Of a stretch of DNA of 54,304 nt, positions 1-10,117 are shown one piece after another. The position numbers and the translations under genes were made by a program. The stretch's first letter is position 1; every line of letters begins with the position of its first letter. Below the pieces are notes generated by a model, which was given only the letters and a program-made list of their open reading frames with translations, made no database searches and had not been told where the DNA came from. The stretch lies in assembly GCA_038145565.1 (NCBI GenBank), contig JAYQPX010000004.1, positions 1 to 54,304 on the forward strand, given 5' to 3'. The DNA is from Chloroflexota bacterium (lineage in GTDB: Bacteria; Chloroflexota; Limnocylindria; Limnocylindrales; Limnocylindraceae).

Positions 1-864
1 AGTTGGCTCCGGTGCGGAGATGTGGAAGGCGTCGGCGGTTGCGCCAGCACCGAGGAGTTCGGCGCGAATGGTGGCGTTGCGCGCGCGGGCGTGCGCGAGT
101 GACTCTACGACGAAGACGGCGCCACCTTCGCCGAAGAGGAATCCGTCGCGGTTCTTGTCGAACGGGCGACTGGCACGCGTTGGTTCGTCGTTGCGCTTGC
201 TGAGCGCCCCCATGTTGCCGAGCGCGGCAAAGGCCATGGGGAGGAGCGGCGCCTCTACGCCGCCAGCGATGACGATGTCCGCTTCGCCGCTGCGAATAAG
301 TCGCAACGCGTCCTGGAAGGCGAGTACACCTGTGGCGCAGGCAGCGGCCTGCGTAATTGCGGCGCCAGTGAGACCGTACTTCATGCTCACCATGCAAGCG
401 CCCATGCTCGGACTGAGGGCGGGGATGGCGAAAGCGCTGACGAAGCGGCCCCCCTTCTCGCGGAAGGCATCGGCACCCATCGTGACCTGCTCAATGCCGC
501 CACCGCCCGTGTTGATGACAGTGGCGACGCGATCGCGTCGCTCAGCATCCCACTCGTGGATATTGGCAAGGCCAGCGTCCTCCATGGCCTCCGTTGCGGC
601 GGCCACTGCGAACTGGACGAAACGGCTCATGCGGCGCGCCATCTTCATCTCCATCGTCTTCGTTGGATCGAAGTCCTTCACCTCTGCGGCGATCTTCACC
701 TCGTTCGCTGATGGATCGAAGTGCGTGATGCGGTCGGCGCCAGAGGTGCCGGCGATCAGTGCCGACCAGTAACTTGCGGCGCTGTTGCCGATCGGCGTGA
801 TGGCGCCGTAGCCGGTGATGACGGCGCGCTGCGTGTCGCTTCGTGGTGCGCTCTGCTCCGTCAT
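1..864 (-). CDS. fabF: beta-ketoacyl-ACP synthase II paralog (3' end runs off the window)
   Basis: Manual translation from ATG at 864: MTEQSAPRSDTQRAVITGYGAITPIGN...AAACATG...SRPFDKNRDGFLFGEGG. GGAGG RBS overlaps the stop of the upstream fabF. Absent from the ORF track because no stop lies in the window. Confidence 0.93.
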   Translation of the reverse strand, partial: MTEQSAPRSDTQRAVITGYGAITPIGNSAASYWSALIAGTSGADRITHFDPSANEVKIAAEVKDFDPTKTMEMKMARRMSRFVQFAVAAATEAMEDAGLANIHEWDAERRDRVATVINTGGGGIEQVTMGADAFREKGGRFVSAFAIPALSPSMGACMVSMKYGLTGAAITQAAACATGVLAFQDALRLIRSGEADIVIAGGVEAPLLPMAFAALGNMGALSKRNDEPTRASRPFDKNRDGFLFGEGGAVFVVESLAHARARNATIRAELLGAGATADAFHISAPEPT

Positions 865-872
865 CTCGCCTC

Positions 873-2138
873 CTACTTTCCGGTCCAATGTCGCAACACC
901 ACGGCGCCATTGTGTCCGCCGAGCCCGATGTTATTGCTGATGGCGGCGCGGAGGGGTGCCTGGCGCGTTTCGAGGGCCACCGTCAGGTTGCATTCAGGGT
1001 CCACGTTCCGCGTGTTCAGCGTCCCTGGGATGGTCTGATGGTGGAGCGAGAGGGCGGTGAAGATCGCCTCCACGGCGCCAGCGGCACCCATCAGGTGTCC
1101 GGTGAGCGACTTCGTGGCGGAGATTGGGATCTGCGCCGCGCGTGCTCCGAGCGCGCTGTGGAAAGCGAGCGCTTCGCGCGCATCCCCTACGGGCGTGCTC
1201 GTCCCGTGTGGATTGATCATGTCGATCTCAGACGGGTCGATCTTGCCGCGCTGTAGCGCCCACGTGATGGAGCGCGCGGCGCCCGCACCACCCTCAACGG
1301 GCTGGATCATGTCATGCGCGTCAGCTGATGAGCCGTAGCCAACCACCTCTGCATAGATCGTTGCGCCGCGCGTTTTCGCGTGTTCGAGGTCTTCCACGAT
1401 GAACGCGCCCGCCCCTTCGCCCAAGACGAATCCGGCGCGATCCACATCGAACGGTCGCGACGCACTCGCAGGACCTTCGCCGTCGCGCGGTGCGCCGAGG
1501 CCGCGCATGTTCATGAAGCCGATGTGCGCCACTTCAATGAGCGGGTTCTCCGTGGAGCCTGAGATGACGGCGGTGACGTCACCGCGCTTGATCGCCTCGG
1601 CCGCCTCACCGAGTGCGTGTGTCCCCGTGGCGCAGGCGGAGACCACCGCCATGTTGTGACCAACGGCACCCGTCTCGATCGAGATTATCCCTGAGGTGCT
1701 GTCAACCAAGCCGTGTGCAATAAACGTTGGCGCCACGCTGCGCGGCCCCTTCTCCTTCCAGGCCATCTGGTTGTCAATGAAGAGTCCCTGCCCTCCAGCG
1801 CCAGACCCAAATACCACACCGATCTCCTCGCGATTCGCATCGGAGATCTCGAGCCCCGAGTCCTTGAGCGCCTGCTTTGCGGCGGCCACTCCCCAGTGAA
1901 TCTCCGGTCCGGTGCGGCGAATGGATTTGGGATCGAGCCAGGCGGCTGGATCAAAGTGTTGGATCTCACCAGCGACCACGTATGGCGAGTACGCCGTTGG
2001 ATCCCAGTGCGTGATGCGACCAAGGCCGCTCTTCATCTCCGTCAGCGACGTCCAAACGCTCGCTAGATCGTTGCCGATCGGCGAGACGATGCCGAGACCG
2101 GTGATGACAACGCGACGGGTGTGATCTGCCTCTCGCAT
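873..2138 (-). CDS. fabF: beta-ketoacyl-ACP synthase II
   Basis: RRVVITGLG start, catalytic ACATG, HGTSTPVGD and KSLTGHLMGAAG motifs. Confidence 0.95.
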   Translation of the reverse strand: MREADHTRRVVITGLGIVSPIGNDLASVWTSLTEMKSGLGRITHWDPTAYSPYVVAGEIQHFDPAAWLDPKSIRRTGPEIHWGVAAAKQALKDSGLEISDANREEIGVVFGSGAGGQGLFIDNQMAWKEKGPRSVAPTFIAHGLVDSTSGIISIETGAVGHNMAVVSACATGTHALGEAAEAIKRGDVTAVISGSTENPLIEVAHIGFMNMRGLGAPRDGEGPASASRPFDVDRAGFVLGEGAGAFIVEDLEHAKTRGATIYAEVVGYGSSADAHDMIQPVEGGAGAARSITWALQRGKIDPSEIDMINPHGTSTPVGDAREALAFHSALGARAAQIPISATKSLTGHLMGAAGAVEAIFTALSLHHQTIPGTLNTRNVDPECNLTVALETRQAPLRAAISNNIGLGGHNGAVVLRHWTGK

Positions 2139-2147
2139 AGCGCCTCC

Positions 2148-3101
2148 TTACGACACTACCGCTGCGGTGAGCGGAAGATCGTCAATAGAGACGATCTCTG
2201 CGCCAGCCGCCGATGGGATGCGCTTGACGAGTCCACTGAGGACGCGGCCGTAACCAATCTCTACGTAGCGTTGCGTTCCGGCGGCGGCGGTAGCGCCGAT
2301 GGCGGCAATCCAATCGACGCCAGTCGTCAGGTGATCAGAGAGTTCGCGCCGCAGCTCTGCAGCGGTGCGAATCGGGGCTGCGTTCGCATTGGCGAGCATC
2401 GTGATCTTCGGATCGTGCACGGTTACGGATTCAAGTGCCGCGCGCATTCCTGCCGCCGCCTCTTCCATCAGTGGCGAGTGGCTGGCGATGCTGACCTGCA
2501 GCCGCACGGCGCGCTTCGCGCCAGCGGCACTTGCGGCGGCAACGGCGTGCTCGACGGCGGCAACTTCGCCAGAGAGAACGATCTGACCCGGAGAATTGCG
2601 GTTCGCCAAGACAAGGACGCCGCGCGCTGCCCCTTCGGCAACAATGCGCGACTCTTCTGATTCTGGGAGTCCAAGGATTGCGGCCATTGCGCCAGGGCGT
2701 CCGCCGCCTGAAGTCTGCATTAGGTCACCACGAATGCGCGCGAGCTTCACCGCATCACCAACGCTGAGCGCGCCCGCCGCAACTGCGGCGGCATACTGAC
2801 CGGCAGAGTGGCCTGCGGCGAAGATTGGTGTCTCGAGTGTTTCGCCACGGGCCGCGGCTCGCTCGCGCGCCGCCTCGAGAAGCGCAATGGAAATGATCAA
2901 AATCGCTGGCTGCGCTTGCTCGGTACGCTCAAGCGCGTCCGCTGGGCCGTTCGCGATCAGTGCGCCAATCTTCTCGCCGAGTGCTTCTTCGGCTTCGGCC
3001 AAGACGGCACGTGCGGCGGGGGAGGCGGCGAGGACTTCGTTGCCCATGCCGACTGCTTGCGACCCCTGCCCAGGGAAGATCCACGTAGTGATTGGGGACA
3101 T
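2148..3101 (-). CDS. fabD: malonyl-CoA:ACP transacylase
   Basis: FPGQGSQ, catalytic GHSAG and ASHSPLM motifs. Leaderless TACGAT-N6-ATG start. Confidence 0.95.
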   Translation of the reverse strand: MSPITTWIFPGQGSQAVGMGNEVLAASPAARAVLAEAEEALGEKIGALIANGPADALERTEQAQPAILIISIALLEAARERAAARGETLETPIFAAGHSAGQYAAAVAAGALSVGDAVKLARIRGDLMQTSGGGRPGAMAAILGLPESEESRIVAEGAARGVLVLANRNSPGQIVLSGEVAAVEHAVAAASAAGAKRAVRLQVSIASHSPLMEEAAAGMRAALESVTVHDPKITMLANANAAPIRTAAELRRELSDHLTTGVDWIAAIGATAAAGTQRYVEIGYGRVLSGLVKRIPSAAGAEIVSIDDLPLTAAVVS

Positions 3102-3139
3102 GCGCGCATCGTAGTGGAGTCACCCAGGGGAGCGGTGTA

Positions 3140-3161
3140 TTGTATGCGTGTATGCATACAA
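3140..3161. promoter_or_regulatory. putative MarR operator TTGTATGC-N6-GCATACAA
   Basis: Perfect 8-bp inverted repeat containing the nested palindrome TGTATGCATACA (3149-3160). It lies between divergent fabD and marR and overlaps the marR ATG. Confidence 0.7.
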
Positions 3162-3724
3162 ATAGGCGGCGCCGTCTACCCGACCTCTCTCGTGCTGCGG
3201 GTGAACTGCGGAGCCGTATCGCTGGCGTGGGCCGCGCGCCACTCGGGAGCGGGATCGATGAAGTGGCGAGGCGTCGACAGAGCCTTGGAGAGATCGGCGG
3301 TCGGATCGTCTCCATTCGCAGGCTCTGGCGAGAGCTCGTCCTCTCCACCGCGCAGCAGTTGGCGCCGACGGATCTGTCGCTCGCGCAGGTTGCGGCGCTC
3401 TATCTCCTTGCAGACGGCCGCGCGCGCAACGTCGCTGAGATCGCGGTGGAACTCGGTCGATCACACTCCGCCACGAGTCGACTTGTTGCGGGACTCGTGA
3501 CGCGGAGGCTGTTGCGAGTGATCCCAGCTGAGGATAGGCGTAGGCGCGTGCACCTACTCGCTGCGGCAGGCGAGTCGATGCTCACGGCTATCGATCGCGG
3601 GCGTGCGGAGCAGTTTGTTGGCGTGGTGCGCAGGCTGCCCGCTGCAGAGCGTGGACTTGTTGCGGCCGCAGTTGCCGCGCTTGCGACGCGCGCGCCGGTT
3701 ACTCCCCCGCGTACCCCATCGTGA
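3152..3724 (+). CDS. MarR-family transcriptional regulator
   Basis: LSLAQVAALYLL...NVAEIAVELGRSHSATSRLVAGLVTRRLL...EDRRRRVHLL winged HTH. Start moved to ATG 3152, 8 nt after the -10-like TATTGT. Confidence 0.88.
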   Translation: MHTNRRRRLPDLSRAAGELRSRIAGVGRAPLGSGIDEVARRRQSLGEIGGRIVSIRRLWRELVLSTAQQLAPTDLSLAQVAALYLLADGRARNVAEIAVELGRSHSATSRLVAGLVTRRLLRVIPAEDRRRRVHLLAAAGESMLTAIDRGRAEQFVGVVRRLPAAERGLVAAAVAALATRAPVTPPRTPS

Positions 3725-5204
3725 CGTCGTAGAGGACCTCAACGCCCCAGGCGAGCGCCTCCTGTGAGACTCGTTCGTCAACGCCATGGAAGCGCTCCAT
3801 GAATCGCTCTTTCGGATCCAGCAGATATGGCGAGAATCCGTACGTGGGAATTCCTGCAGGCACCGTGATCTTTGCGTCGGTGGCATACGGTGCCACCGCG
3901 GGCATCAGGATTGCCTCCGCATCGCGCGCGCGGATCGCGGCGGATGCAATGCCGAGAATCTCGTGATCCATTGGATTGCTCACCGCCGCACCAAACTCCG
4001 TGAGGTCCGCCTTCACAAATGGCGCGAGGTCTGCTCCGATGCGCTCCAACATGTTCGCCTGCGCCTGTTCGCGCGTCGTCCCTGGCAGGATGCGGCTATC
4101 GACCGTGAGCGTTGCAGAACCCGGGAGGACGTTGGAGCGAATCCCTGAGGCGATGATCGTTGGGGCGAACGTGTCGCGCAGCACGGCGCGCAGTGCACGA
4201 AGGAGCTCAGGAGCGCAGCCGGCAGTTGGCGCCTCGCTGTTTAGTGGCGCCGCGTCGCTGAAGGTCTTCTCCGCGAGGAGGCGCTCGAGCCGAGCGATGG
4301 CAGCTTCCGGGAGTGCGGCGCGGAGCGCGCCAACAAGGGCCTCGTTCTCTTTCACGAACTGCACAGGACCAGGGACGGAGACGCGCTCCACGATCTGTGC
4401 GGCGCGCAAGAGTGCGTTGTCGCTGTCTGGCATGGAGGCGTGGCCCCAGCGTCCGCTGACAGTGATGTTGAATCGAGCGAAGCCCTTCTCGGCGACTTGA
4501 AGCGGATAGATGCGTCGACCTGCGGCGGTGATGGTCATCCCACCCGCCTCGGTGAGTCCAACCGCAGCATCCAGCCAGTGCTTTCGGTCGCGCAGCACAA
4601 GTGCGATCCCGTCTTCGCCACCAGTCTCCTCGTCTGCGGTCGCGGTGAGGATGATGTCGCGCCGTAGGCCAGGGATCGGATCCTTCGCTGGATCAAGCCC
4701 TGCGGCTCTTGCACGTGCGCAGAGGAGTCGAATCACTCCAACTTGGACGGCGAGCGCCCCTTTCATGTCCACTGCGCCACGTCCCCAGACGTAGCCGTCT
4801 TTGACAACGCCTTCGAATGGGTTCACCGTCCAGCCGTCTTGGTTGGCGGGAACCACGTCAAGGTGTGCAAAGAGGAGGAGCGCGCCGTTCTCTTTGTCAC
4901 GCGGGTCCAGCTTCGGGTTCGCCGCAGAGGCGCTCCCTCGCAGTCGAACGCTGACGTTGCCGCGATCAGGGAGTGGCTCGTAAAACTCAGGCTCCAGACC
5001 TTCGCGCTTCAGTAGCTCAATGAGCACCTTCGCCGCGCGCGTTTCGTTTCCGGGTGGATTCACACTCTCGGCGCGGATCAGTTGCACCAGGTCATCCGCG
5101 GCATCTGCGCCGATCTTCCTCATCAGGGCGGCATCAACGCTGGCGGAGGGGAGTCCCTTCGGGAATCGCTCGGCGGCGGTTGCGGCGAACTGTGAACTAC
5201 TCAT
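3699..5204 (-). CDS. M20/M25/M40 family metallo-hydrolase (aminoacylase/carboxypeptidase-like)
   Basis: AHLDVVPA, WGRGAVDMKG, ADEETGG and HGVDERV metal-binding motifs. ATG 5204 follows GAGGGG (alternative GTG at 5210). Confidence 0.9.
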   Translation of the reverse strand: MSSSQFAATAAERFPKGLPSASVDAALMRKIGADAADDLVQLIRAESVNPPGNETRAAKVLIELLKREGLEPEFYEPLPDRGNVSVRLRGSASAANPKLDPRDKENGALLLFAHLDVVPANQDGWTVNPFEGVVKDGYVWGRGAVDMKGALAVQVGVIRLLCARARAAGLDPAKDPIPGLRRDIILTATADEETGGEDGIALVLRDRKHWLDAAVGLTEAGGMTITAAGRRIYPLQVAEKGFARFNITVSGRWGHASMPDSDNALLRAAQIVERVSVPGPVQFVKENEALVGALRAALPEAAIARLERLLAEKTFSDAAPLNSEAPTAGCAPELLRALRAVLRDTFAPTIIASGIRSNVLPGSATLTVDSRILPGTTREQAQANMLERIGADLAPFVKADLTEFGAAVSNPMDHEILGIASAAIRARDAEAILMPAVAPYATDAKITVPAGIPTYGFSPYLLDPKERFMERFHGVDERVSQEALAWGVEVLYDVTMGYAGE

Positions 5205-5225
5205 GCCCACCCCTCTGCTCTACGG

Positions 5226-5444
5226 TTACGCCCCAAGTCGCTGGGCGATGATGTCGAGGATCGTAAAGATGATGGCGATCCCCACGAGTCCGCCCACGAT
5301 GAGTTTCACGCCGAAGAGGCCGCGCCGCTCCTGCTCTGCCGCACGCTCTGGATCTGGCGGTTCGCTCCCTGGGATGACGGGCGAGTCGAGACCGCGGAGG
5401 CCGCGTCGCGGGTCGCGAGGATCAACTTCTTTCGTTCGAGCCAT
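5226..5444 (-). CDS. 72-aa hypothetical protein with a C-terminal transmembrane helix
   Basis: MARTKEVDPRD...LIVGGLVGIAIIFTILDIIAQRLGA. Strong GGAGGAG RBS overlaps the ilvD stop. Confidence 0.75.
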   Translation of the reverse strand: MARTKEVDPRDPRRGLRGLDSPVIPGSEPPDPERAAEQERRGLFGVKLIVGGLVGIAIIFTILDIIAQRLGA

Positions 5445-5452
5445 CTCTCCTC

Positions 5453-7210
5453 CTACTGCTCCGCTGCGGAGTCGAGTGCGCGTTTCAGTCGCTTCCCTGT
5501 GGTGATTGCGCCATCGGAGGCGCTGCTCACCACTGCGGCGTATTTGGCCCAGACGCCACCCGTGTACTTGGGCGCCGGTGCTCGCCACGCCGCACGGCGC
5601 TTGGCGAGCGTTGCAGGGTCAACTTCCAGTCGCAGTTCGTGGGCCGCAACATCGATGGTGATCGTGTCACCCTCTTCAATGAGGGCAATCGGTCCGCCGA
5701 GTGCCGCCTCTGGTGCAACGTGCGCGACCATGAATCCGTGGGTCGCGCCAGAGAAGCGGCCGTCGGTGATGAGCGCAACCTGATCGCCGAGCCCTTGGCC
5801 AACGAGGGCGGCGGTGACGGCGAGCATCTCGCGCATCCCTGGTCCGCCAACGGGACCTTCGTAGCGAATTACCACCACGTCACCCGCCTTAACGCTGTTC
5901 GCGCGAATCGCCGCGAAGGCGGCCTCTTCACCATTGAAGACGCGCGCGGGACCACTGTGATGTCGGCGTGAGTGTCCGGCGAGTTTGACGATCGCCCCCT
6001 CTGGTGCAAGTGAGCCGCGAAGTACGGTGAGCCCACCGTTTGGCGACATCGGTGCGCTGATCGGGAAGATCACCTTCTGGCCGGGTGCCTCCACGGCACT
6101 GCCAGCGATCTCCCCAATGGTTCTTCCATCGACGGTGCGTTCGTTGACGTGCAGCAGGTTTGCCGAGACCAGCTCGCGCAAGACCAGTGCAATTCCGCCA
6201 GCCTTGTAAAGATCGAGTGCCGCATAGCTGCCACCAGGGATGAGATTGCCGATCACTGGCGTCGACTCCCCGAGTCGCTCAAAGGCCTCAATCTCAAGCG
6301 GCAAGTCGAACTCGCGTGCAATCGCGAGAAGGTGCAGCACTGCGTTCGTTGAGCCTGCGGTTGCACCGACCGCGCGAATCGCATTCTCCAGTGCGCGCTC
6401 CGTGACGAGTGCGCGTGGCCGAACATCATCGCGCACCAGTTGTACGGCGATCTCGCCAGAGCGTTCCGCCGCTGCGATCTTGTCTGGGTCTGGCGCAGGG
6501 ATGCCGTTGAGCCCAGCGGGGGAGAGCCCGAGCACCTCCATCGCCATGCTCATCGTGTTCGCGGTGAACTGTCCGCCGCACGCGCCAGGCCCTGGGCAAG
6601 CAGCGTTCTCAAGCGCCCAGAGCTCTTCGGCGCTGATCTTCCCTGCGCGGTACGCGCCGACCGCCTCAAAGACGCTCTGCACGGTGACGTTCTTTCCGTT
6701 GAAGGAGCCAGGGAGGATCGTGCCGTTATAGAGGATGAGTCCAGGGATGTTGAGACGACCGAGCGCCATTGCGGCTCCAGGGCTCGTCTTGTCACAGCCG
6801 GTGAGGCAGACGATGCCGTCAAAGCTGTGTCCTGCAGCGACGAGCTCAATGGAGTCGGCGATCAGGTCGCGTGAGATCAGCGATGCCTTCATCCCTTCGG
6901 TGCCCATGGCCACGCCGTCTGAGACGGAGATGGTGCCGAACTCCATCGGCGTGCCGCCTGCGCGTCGAATGCCGCGCTTCACCGCATCCGCGAGTTCGCG
7001 TTGGTTGTAGTTGCACGGCATCGTCTCGATCCAGGTGGTGGCAACACCGATGATCGGCTTGGCGAGATCTTCGTCGGTGAAGCCGATCGCCTTCAACATC
7101 GCGCGTGCAGGCGCGCGATCTGGCCCGTCGGTCATGGCGGCGGAGTGCCGCTTCGCCGGGTCGCTCGGTCGGTTGTAGGGGTTCTTCTTCTTGTCGCCGT
7201 CGTCGCTCAC
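5453..7210 (-). CDS. ilvD: dihydroxy-acid dehydratase
   Basis: [29 protein letters not shown] and TDGRFSG motifs. GTG start overlaps the leuD stop. Confidence 0.97.
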   Translation of the reverse strand: MSDDGDKKKNPYNRPSDPAKRHSAAMTDGPDRAPARAMLKAIGFTDEDLAKPIIGVATTWIETMPCNYNQRELADAVKRGIRRAGGTPMEFGTISVSDGVAMGTEGMKASLISRDLIADSIELVAAGHSFDGIVCLTGCDKTSPGAAMALGRLNIPGLILYNGTILPGSFNGKNVTVQSVFEAVGAYRAGKISAEELWALENAACPGPGACGGQFTANTMSMAMEVLGLSPAGLNGIPAPDPDKIAAAERSGEIAVQLVRDDVRPRALVTERALENAIRAVGATAGSTNAVLHLLAIAREFDLPLEIEAFERLGESTPVIGNLIPGGSYAALDLYKAGGIALVLRELVSANLLHVNERTVDGRTIGEIAGSAVEAPGQKVIFPISAPMSPNGGLTVLRGSLAPEGAIVKLAGHSRRHHSGPARVFNGEEAAFAAIRANSVKAGDVVVIRYEGPVGGPGMREMLAVTAALVGQGLGDQVALITDGRFSGATHGFMVAHVAPEAALGGPIALIEEGDTITIDVAAHELRLEVDPATLAKRRAAWRAPAPKYTGGVWAKYAAVVSSASDGAITTGKRLKRALDSAAEQ

Positions 7211-7839
7211 TGTGCCGCCCCCGCCGCCTTGGTGTTGACGGTCCCTGGGTGCGCTCGCTCATGCGCCTCGATGTCGGCCATCTTGGAGCGGACGAAGTCG
7301 AGTTCGTCGAGCCCCGCGAGGAGCATCTTCTGCGCAAACGGATCGATCGCGAACTTCACGGCCTCTCCGCTCGGTGTTGTCAGCGTAGCGCTCGCAAGAT
7401 CAACGCTCGCCTGCGCCGCGTCGCCGCCGCGCGCAGCGTCCATGAGTTGTGCATGCAGCGGCGCATCCACAGCGATCGGCAGGATGCCGTTCTTGAGGGC
7501 GTTGTTCTTGAAGATGTCGGCGAAGCTCGTGGAGATGATCGCCTTGATCCCAAACGCATCGAGCGCCCAGGGGGCATGCTCGCGGCTTGAGCCGGTGCCG
7601 AAGTTGTCGCCCGCAACGAGAATGCTTCGCCCGGCGAAGCGTGGGTCATCAAGGACAAACGGTGGCGTCTTCTTGCTGCCATCTTCGTTGAAGCGCCAGT
7701 CGTGGAAGAGTGCATCGGCGAGTCCGGACTTCACGACCACCTTCAGGTAGCGCGCGGGGACGATCTGATCCGTGTCCACATTCTCCGCAGGGAGCGGAAT
7801 CAGTGCGCTGCTGAAGCGCTCAACCTTTGGCGCCGCCAT
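7207..7839 (-). CDS. leuD: 3-isopropylmalate dehydratase small subunit
   Basis: NVDTDQI and [15 protein letters not shown] motifs. True start is ATG 7839 (ATGA overlap with the leuC stop). Confidence 0.96.
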   Translation of the reverse strand: MAAPKVERFSSALIPLPAENVDTDQIVPARYLKVVVKSGLADALFHDWRFNEDGSKKTPPFVLDDPRFAGRSILVAGDNFGTGSSREHAPWALDAFGIKAIISTSFADIFKNNALKNGILPIAVDAPLHAQLMDAARGGDAAQASVDLASATLTTPSGEAVKFAIDPFAQKMLLAGLDELDFVRSKMADIEAHERAHPGTVNTKAAGAAQ

Positions 7840-9239
7840 CAGGCGAGTGTCCGCGGGTCGGTGATGCGACCGTTGAGCGCCGTTGCGGCGGCGGTGAGCG
7901 GTGAAGCGAGGAAGGTTCGGCCGCCCTTCCCTTGGCGACCTTCGAAGTTGCGATTGGAGGTGCTGATCGCGTATTCGCCCGGTGCGAGCTGATCGCCATT
8001 CATGGCGATGCACATGGAGCAGCCCGCTTCGCGCCAATCGGCGCCAGCATCGCGGAAGATCGTGTCGAGCCCTTCGCGCTCCGCCTGGCGTTTCACGTCA
8101 GCGGAGCCAGGCACCACCATGACGCGCACGCCGCTCGCCACACGCTTCCCCTTGAAGACGTTTGCGGCGATGCGCAGATCGCTGATGCGGCCGTTGGTGC
8201 AGCTCCCAATAAAGACGGTGTTCACTGGCTGATTCAAGATGCTCTGCCCCGCGGTGAGATCCATGTACTCGAGTGCGCGCGTCAGCGCGCGTGCGCTCGC
8301 GGGATCGCTCTCCGTGGACGGATCTGGGACGTTGCCGCTGATCGGCAAGCCCATTCCAGGATTCGTTCCGTAGGTGACCATCGGCTCAAGCGTGTTCGCA
8401 TCGATCACGATCTCCTTGTCATACGTTGCGCCAGGGTCGCTCGGTAGCTGCTTCCAGCTCGCCACCGCCTCGTCCCACGCCGCACCCTGTGGCGCGTGCG
8501 GTCTCCCCTTCAGGTAGGCGAAGGTGGTCTCATCTGGCGCCACGAGTCCGGCACGGGCGCCACCCTCGATGCTCATGTTGCAGATCGTCATGCGCTCCTC
8601 CATAGAGAGGGCGCGAATCGCTTCGCCGGCGTACTCAAAGACGTGTCCGGTGCCACCACCCACGCCGATGCGTGCGATCAGGGCGAGGATGATATCCTTC
8701 GCGGAGACGCCGTTCTGCAGTTTTCCGTCAACGCGGACGAGATACGTCTTTGGCGTGCGCTGGAGCAGGCACTGTGTGGCGAGCACCATCTCCACCTCAC
8801 TCGTGCCGATACCGAACGCGAGCGCGCCGAATGCACCGTGCGTGGCCGTGTGTGAGTCGCCGCAGACGATCGTTGCGCCAGGTTGGGTGAGGCCAAGCTC
8901 TGGCCCAATGACGTGGACGATTCCTTGGTTGGGCGACTCCCAGCCGTGGAGCGGGATGCCGAATTCGTTGCAGTTCGTCTCAAGCTGCTTCACTTGCGCC
9001 GCAGCCATCTCGTCGGCGATCGGCAGGTTGCGTGGTGTGGTCGGGATGGAGTGGTCGGCGGTTGCCACCGTTTTGTCTGGGCGACGCACCGTCAAGCCGC
9101 GCGTCCGGAGCCCGGTGAATGCCTGCGGACTGGTCACCTCGTGGATCAGGTGCAGGTCGATCGCGAGGATGGCGGGCGCCCCCTCGTCTTGGCTCACCAC
9201 ATGCTGATCCCAGATCTTCTGGACGATAGTCTTCGCCAT
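7839..9239 (-). CDS. leuC: 3-isopropylmalate dehydratase large subunit
   Basis: [32 protein letters not shown] and CSMCIAMN Fe-S motifs. Start MAKTIVQK at 9239 after TACGCT-N6. Confidence 0.97.
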   Translation of the reverse strand: MAKTIVQKIWDQHVVSQDEGAPAILAIDLHLIHEVTSPQAFTGLRTRGLTVRRPDKTVATADHSIPTTPRNLPIADEMAAAQVKQLETNCNEFGIPLHGWESPNQGIVHVIGPELGLTQPGATIVCGDSHTATHGAFGALAFGIGTSEVEMVLATQCLLQRTPKTYLVRVDGKLQNGVSAKDIILALIARIGVGGGTGHVFEYAGEAIRALSMEERMTICNMSIEGGARAGLVAPDETTFAYLKGRPHAPQGAAWDEAVASWKQLPSDPGATYDKEIVIDANTLEPMVTYGTNPGMGLPISGNVPDPSTESDPASARALTRALEYMDLTAGQSILNQPVNTVFIGSCTNGRISDLRIAANVFKGKRVASGVRVMVVPGSADVKRQAEREGLDTIFRDAGADWREAGCSMCIAMNGDQLAPGEYAISTSNRNFEGRQGKGGRTFLASPLTAAATALNGRITDPRTLA

Positions 9240-9301
9240 GCGCCGAGCGTACCAGAGCGGCGCGGCGCCACAGTGAGGCAGGGGCGTGCGAGAATCCCAC
9301 C

Positions 9302-9961
9302 ATGACCACGCATCCAAACGCCCTCAATCCGCTGACCGTACTCGCGCAAACCCGACTACTCCCCGCAATCAGTCCGTTGGAGAGCAGTGTGGTGAACGCG
9401 TGGGCCGACGCGTGCATTGATAACGGCGTGTTGGCGCTCGAGCTGCTCCTCCGCGGGGACGGATCCGAGCGTGCGGCATTCGACGCAATCGCTCGACTTG
9501 CCAATTCACATCCGCAGCTTGCTGTTGGCGTGGGGACCGTATTCGACGCGACGACTGCTCAGCGTGCCTGCGACGCGGGCGCCCAGATCGTCGTTTCGCC
9601 GATCACAGATCCAGCGACGGGAAGCACATGTGCTGCAGCGGGCGTAGACTGGCTCCCCGGCGCATTTACCCCTACGGAGATCGCACTCGCAGAGCGTTCG
9701 GGGGCGACGCAGGTGAAGCTCTTCCCTGCGCTGGCGATCAACGCCCCTGCCTTCCTTCGCTCCTACCTTGCGACGAAGCCCTCCTCGCGGATCATCCCCA
9801 CCAACGTGTCGCTGGATGAGATCCCTGCACTCGTCGCCGCAGGGGCCGCTGGGTTCGGTGTGGGGGAGCGGCTCCTCGCTGGGGCGGACCCGTGCAGTGC
9901 CAGCGCGATCGGCGAGCGGCTTCACGCCGCCCTCTCAGTCGTCGGAGGGGGCGCGTACTAG
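9302..9961 (+). CDS. eda: KDPG/KHG aldolase family protein
   Basis: LELLLR (Glu/Arg), [18 protein letters not shown] and Schiff-base KLFPA motifs. Confidence 0.82.
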   Translation: MTTHPNALNPLTVLAQTRLLPAISPLESSVVNAWADACIDNGVLALELLLRGDGSERAAFDAIARLANSHPQLAVGVGTVFDATTAQRACDAGAQIVVSPITDPATGSTCAAAGVDWLPGAFTPTEIALAERSGATQVKLFPALAINAPAFLRSYLATKPSSRIIPTNVSLDEIPALVAAGAAGFGVGERLLAGADPCSASAIGERLHAALSVVGGGAY

Positions 9962-9982
9962 CCTCACCGCGCACCCCTCTGG

Positions 9983-9988
9983 TAGGCT
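9983..9988 (+). promoter_or_regulatory. extended -10 element (TG-G-TAGGCT) of the ilv leader
   Basis: TAnnnT hexamer preceded by TGn, 9 nt upstream of the leader ATG. Confidence 0.55.
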
Positions 9989-9997
9989 GCACACCTA

Positions 9998-10117
9998 ATG
10001 AAGACGAATCGCGCACTCACGGTTGCACCTGCGGGCGCCGGTTTCGTACGCCTTGATTCGGCGCTCGGCAGCGAGATTGCGCTCGTCGAGCTCCTTATTC
10101 AGCCCAGGCGGGGCTGA
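9998..10117 (+). CDS. ilv/leu operon leader peptide (39 aa)
   Basis: MKTNRALTVAPAGAGFVRLDSALGSEIALVELLIQPRRG*. Six of eight residues in IALVELLI are Ile/Leu/Val, and the last codons overlap the antiterminator arm. Confidence 0.8.
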   Translation: MKTNRALTVAPAGAGFVRLDSALGSEIALVELLIQPRRG

